Shown here piece after piece: positions 60,880 to 64,000 of a DNA stretch of 64,000 nt. Under the pieces are notes generated by a model. The model had not been told where the DNA came from and ran no database searches. It saw nothing but the letters and a program-made list of their open reading frames with translations. This DNA comes from Bacillota bacterium (GTDB lineage Bacteria > Bacillota > Clostridia > Peptostreptococcales > Anaerovoracaceae): contig JAETTD010000011.1 of assembly GCA_021769295.1 (NCBI GenBank), positions 134 to 64,133 of the forward strand. The letters are read 5' to 3'. The translations under genes were made by a program, and so were the position numbers. How positions within the stretch are numbered: the first letter of the stretch is position 1; every line of letters starts with the position of its first letter.

Positions 60880-61986
60880 TTAGAATCTTATTGACTTACT
60901 GTTTATTCCTACGTTTAATATTATTCCGATTGAAATCATACTTGCTATTACAGAGGTTCCGCCGCCGGACATGAGCGGGAGAGTGATACCTGTTACAGGC
61001 ATTATGCCCATGGTCATGGCTATGTTTTCAAATATCTGGAAAAGGAACATAGAAGTGAATCCAACCACTATGAGGGCGCCGTATAAATCCAGGGCGTCTC
61101 TTATGACCGCAATGAACCTGTAGAGAAGGCCGCCGTAGAGCAGAATAAGTATTATGCCGCCCACAAAACCTAGTTCTTCAACTACCACCGAAAATATAAA
61201 GTCGGACTGCTGAACAGGTATGAAATCGAGCTCTTTCTGTGTTCCGTTAAAAAGTCCTTTGCCAAAGAAACCACCGGAGCCTATGGCAACCTTGGACTGC
61301 CATACCTGATAGTTACCCGGCAGGTTAAGGTTGTCGGGATGTAAAAAGGCTTCAATACGGTTTTTCTGGTAATCGCCAAGGAAGTTGTATATCACCGGAA
61401 GTGAAGCGACTGCTGCGATTATGGATTTTATGAGAATCTTGTAATCTATGCCTGCGAAGAATACCATAAACAGCCAGATTACCATGTAGACAAGAGCGCT
61501 GCCCAGGTCGTCTTTCAGAACTATCAGTATAATCGGGAGGGCATAAAGTCCCGCCAGCAAAACTCCACGGAATTTTTTTATATCTTCTCTGTGCACAGAC
61601 AGATAATTTGCCATAAGCAGTATAAAGAGTATCTTTACGAATTCCGAAGGCTGCAAGGTGGTTACGCCCAAATTTATCCATGCCCTTGAGCCGTATTGCT
61701 CTATGCCGAGTCCCGGTATATATACAAGCAACAGAATGATTATCGAAGCGATGTAAAGAGGCTTGCTCAATCCCTCAAAAAAAGTATATTCAAGATGCAA
61801 TACAAAAGTAAGGGCGACAAAGCCTATGATATAGGCGAGAGCCTGAACCCAGACAACTCTGCTGAGCACAAAACCGTTGTCGTACACGGTACTTTCGAGC
61901 ATAAGCAAACTTATGCATCCCAGAATCCCCACTAAAACAAGTATAAATTTGTCCGCCAGCTTAAGAGGCGCAAAAAAGTTTTTCAT
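60880..61986 (-). CDS. rodA: SEDS-family protein RodA/FtsW
   Basis: 368 aa and about 10 TM. Motifs DFIFSVVVEELGF and LPLMSGGGTS. This is a second SEDS paralogue outside the dcw cluster. Confidence 0.88.
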   Translation of the reverse strand: MKNFFAPLKLADKFILVLVGILGCISLLMLESTVYDNGFVLSRVVWVQALAYIIGFVALTFVLHLEYTFFEGLSKPLYIASIIILLLVYIPGLGIEQYGSRAWINLGVTTLQPSEFVKILFILLMANYLSVHREDIKKFRGVLLAGLYALPIILIVLKDDLGSALVYMVIWLFMVFFAGIDYKILIKSIIAAVASLPVIYNFLGDYQKNRIEAFLHPDNLNLPGNYQVWQSKVAIGSGGFFGKGLFNGTQKELDFIPVQQSDFIFSVVVEELGFVGGIILILLYGGLLYRFIAVIRDALDLYGALIVVGFTSMFLFQIFENIAMTMGIMPVTGITLPLMSGGGTSVIASMISIGIILNVGINSKSIRF

Positions 61987-62206
61987 TCCAAAATTATCCT
62001 TTTAAATATGTTTATCTTAGATATTATAGCCGTATTTCAGGCAAATATCAAGCGCCGTCTTGCTATTATCCGTTTTTCCGTATATATTAAAGGTAGCATC
62101 CTTGAAGGAAAACTGTATGTTTGATTACATCTCTGTTAAAGCCGGCTGTGCAGAAAAACCAAAAGGATATTAGCCGCAAAAGCCCCTGTTAAATTTGGAG
62201 GTAATT

Positions 62207-62878
62207 ATGATTAACATACTTGTCGTAGAGGATGATGAAAATCTCAACCGGATTATCTGTACTTATCTGGCTCGAAATAACTATAATGCGAAAGGCTGCA
62301 AAAATCCTGCGGAAGCATATGATGTGATGTATTCAGAGACGTACGACCTGATTATTTCGGATATCATGATGCCGAAAATAAACGGATTTGATTTTGCCAA
62401 AGAAATCCGGCAGAAGAATCCGGCAGTGCCCATACTGTTCATCACAGCCTTGGATGACTTGTCTTCCAAGCAAAAAGGATTTTATGCGGGAATTGATGAC
62501 TATATGGTAAAGCCTGTCGACATGGACGAGATGATTCTGCGAGTGGGAGCGCTTCTCCGCCGTGCCGACATTAAAAACGAAAACCGAATGGAAATCGGCG
62601 ACCTCGTTTTGGTTCGTGATGAGATGGCAGCCTACGTAAACGGCGAAGAAGTCCGCATACTGCCGAGAGAGTTTAATATTTTATATAAGCTGCTTTCACA
62701 TCCTAAAAAGATATTCACACGAAGCGAGCTGATAGATGAATACTGGGGCATGACAAACGACACGGGACTGCGTACCGTCGATGTATATATTACGAAGCTG
62801 CGAAAAGCTTTCGCCGACTGCAGAAGTTTTGAAATTGTCACCGTTCACGGGTTTGGGTATAAGGCGGTGTTGAAATGA
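62207..62878 (+). CDS. OmpR-family response regulator
   Basis: I start at ATG 62207, 5 nt after GGAGG. Receiver motifs VVEDD, LIISDIMMP and KP, plus a winged-helix C-terminus (VDVYITKLRKA, GFGY). Confidence 0.93.
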   Translation: MINILVVEDDENLNRIICTYLARNNYNAKGCKNPAEAYDVMYSETYDLIISDIMMPKINGFDFAKEIRQKNPAVPILFITALDDLSSKQKGFYAGIDDYMVKPVDMDEMILRVGALLRRADIKNENRMEIGDLVLVRDEMAAYVNGEEVRILPREFNILYKLLSHPKKIFTRSELIDEYWGMTNDTGLRTVDVYITKLRKAFADCRSFEIVTVHGFGYKAVLK

Positions 62879-63942
62879 GCTGGAAGAAACTGCTGGGACC
62901 GTTTAAGCGGGAAGACCCCCGTGTGACGGCGCCCATGATTTCATGGCATATCATTTTGATTATTTTAGGCATAATGATAATTTTTGTTACAGCTCAGACC
63001 TTTATCGTGGAAGCCTATCCGGACCGGATTGCCGCTATGGTAGGAGTTCTGGCATGCTATCTGATTTTTGTCTGTCTCCTTTTGACCGGGGTTGTCTGGC
63101 TGGTATGGAGGCAGACTACAGGCAAACCGCTTAGAATGATTGCAAGAGCTGCAAGAAACGTGGCGTCGGGTGACTTCGGCGTTCAGATTCGTTCTTCCCG
63201 TAAAAATAACAAGATGAACGAGATCGATGTACTGATTGAGGATTTCAACAAGATGACACAGGAACTTGCAGGAAATGAAATGCTGAAAAGCGACTTTATC
63301 TCCAATGTTTCTCATGAGATTAAAACTCCGCTGTCCATTATCCAAAGTTATACAAAAGCGCTAAAGGACGGCTATTCTACGCCGGAGCAGACGGAACAGT
63401 ATATTGATACGATTCTTGACGCTACCGAAAAACTGAACGTCATGATTGCCAATATCTTAAAGCTCAGCAAGCTGGAAAACCAGCAGATATTTCCGAAGCC
63501 GGAAACCTATCAGCTCGGCGAACAGCTTCGCCACTGCGCTCTGAATTTCATGGAAAAATGGCAGGCGAAAGCAATTGAGTTTGAAATTGATGTGGCGGAT
63601 GTTGCCGTGCATTATGACGCCTCCTTGCTGGAATTGGTCTGGAACAACCTTTTGTCAAACGCTGTCAAGTTTACAGACGAAGGCGGACGGATTTATCTTG
63701 TTTCAAAGGTGAAAGAGGATACCGTGTCGGTAACGGTAAAGGATTCGGGCTGCGGAATGGACAGTGAAACCTGCAATCGAATCTTTGAAAAATTCTACCA
63801 AGGCGATACTTCCCATGCTTCAGAGGGAAACGGGCTGGGATTGGCGTTGGTGGCCAAGATAATTGACATCATTGGCGGAAAGATTAAGGTAGAAAGCAGC
63901 CCCGGCACGGGAACAGTGTTTACCGTGGAATTAAATATTTAA
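62875..63942 (+). CDS. Sensor histidine kinase (2 TM, HAMP, HisKA, HATPase_c)
   Basis: 355 aa. H-box SHEIKTPLS, N-box NLLSNAVKFT, G-boxes DSGCGM and GLGLAL. Overlaps the regulator gene stop (ATGA). Confidence 0.92.
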   Translation: MSWKKLLGPFKREDPRVTAPMISWHIILIILGIMIIFVTAQTFIVEAYPDRIAAMVGVLACYLIFVCLLLTGVVWLVWRQTTGKPLRMIARAARNVASGDFGVQIRSSRKNNKMNEIDVLIEDFNKMTQELAGNEMLKSDFISNVSHEIKTPLSIIQSYTKALKDGYSTPEQTEQYIDTILDATEKLNVMIANILKLSKLENQQIFPKPETYQLGEQLRHCALNFMEKWQAKAIEFEIDVADVAVHYDASLLELVWNNLLSNAVKFTDEGGRIYLVSKVKEDTVSVTVKDSGCGMDSETCNRIFEKFYQGDTSHASEGNGLGLALVAKIIDIIGGKIKVESSPGTGTVFTVELNI

Positions 63943-63983
63943 GATGATAATTGAGAGGCTGTCGTCGCAGCCGACCGAATTGT

Positions 63984-64000
63984 AAAGTGCCGCAGATTTA
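63984..64000 (+). repeat. Start of another plus-oriented unit of the 62-nt hairpin family, truncated by the window edge
   Basis: AAAGTGCCGCAGATTTA matches the left arm of unit 4 at 7433 (AAAAGTGCCGCAAATGGG). Confidence 0.5.

Overview
This is a 64-kb chromosomal window from a moderate-GC Firmicute. Gene order and codon usage look Clostridia-like; this is my inference and no database was searched. Most of it is housekeeping.

Gene content in order:
- A complete dcw cluster at about 13.9-29.3 kb: mraZ-rsmH-ftsL-PBP-murE-murF-mraY-murD-ftsW-murG-[420-nt non-coding insert]-murA-ftsQ-ftsZ. No ftsA is present.
- Then trmH-like-pheS-pheT-zapA-mutS2-DUF523-argS, two radical-SAM genes plus a TPR gene, and three tRNAs (Asn, Leu, initiator-like Met).
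- A TrpR/YerC-like gene followed by iorA-iorB-paaK-ACT, an amidohydrolase, an acyl-CoA synthetase, a Na+/solute symporter and a DUF2974 hydrolase.
- A cobalamin-riboswitch-controlled ECF transporter operon, rodA, and an OmpR/HK two-component pair.
- The first 13 kb holds small metabolic and DNA-repair genes (xth, proC, rbr, ogt, alkD-like), a LysE exporter, and a MacB/FtsX-type ABC transporter.

I see no transposase, integrase, CRISPR array, phage genes or recognisable defence system.

What the genes do not explain:
1. Several families of structured intergenic repeats recur between loci:
   - An array of hairpin units phased at exactly 62 nt, in two 4-unit copies of opposite orientation plus fragments.
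   - A ~100-nt element packed with helically phased GTATAC palindromes, in two copies, one of which splits the dcw cluster.
   - A ~270-bp GTTGGC/GCCAAC mosaic element, in two copies plus a third partial module.
   - Clusters of perfect short-loop palindromes.
2. An isolated 353-aa protein with 38 Cys and a (CxC)n tract, divergent from mraZ.
3. A SipW-type signal-peptidase homologue in which both catalytic positions appear substituted.

All functional calls rest on motifs read by eye. No searches or folding computations were run.
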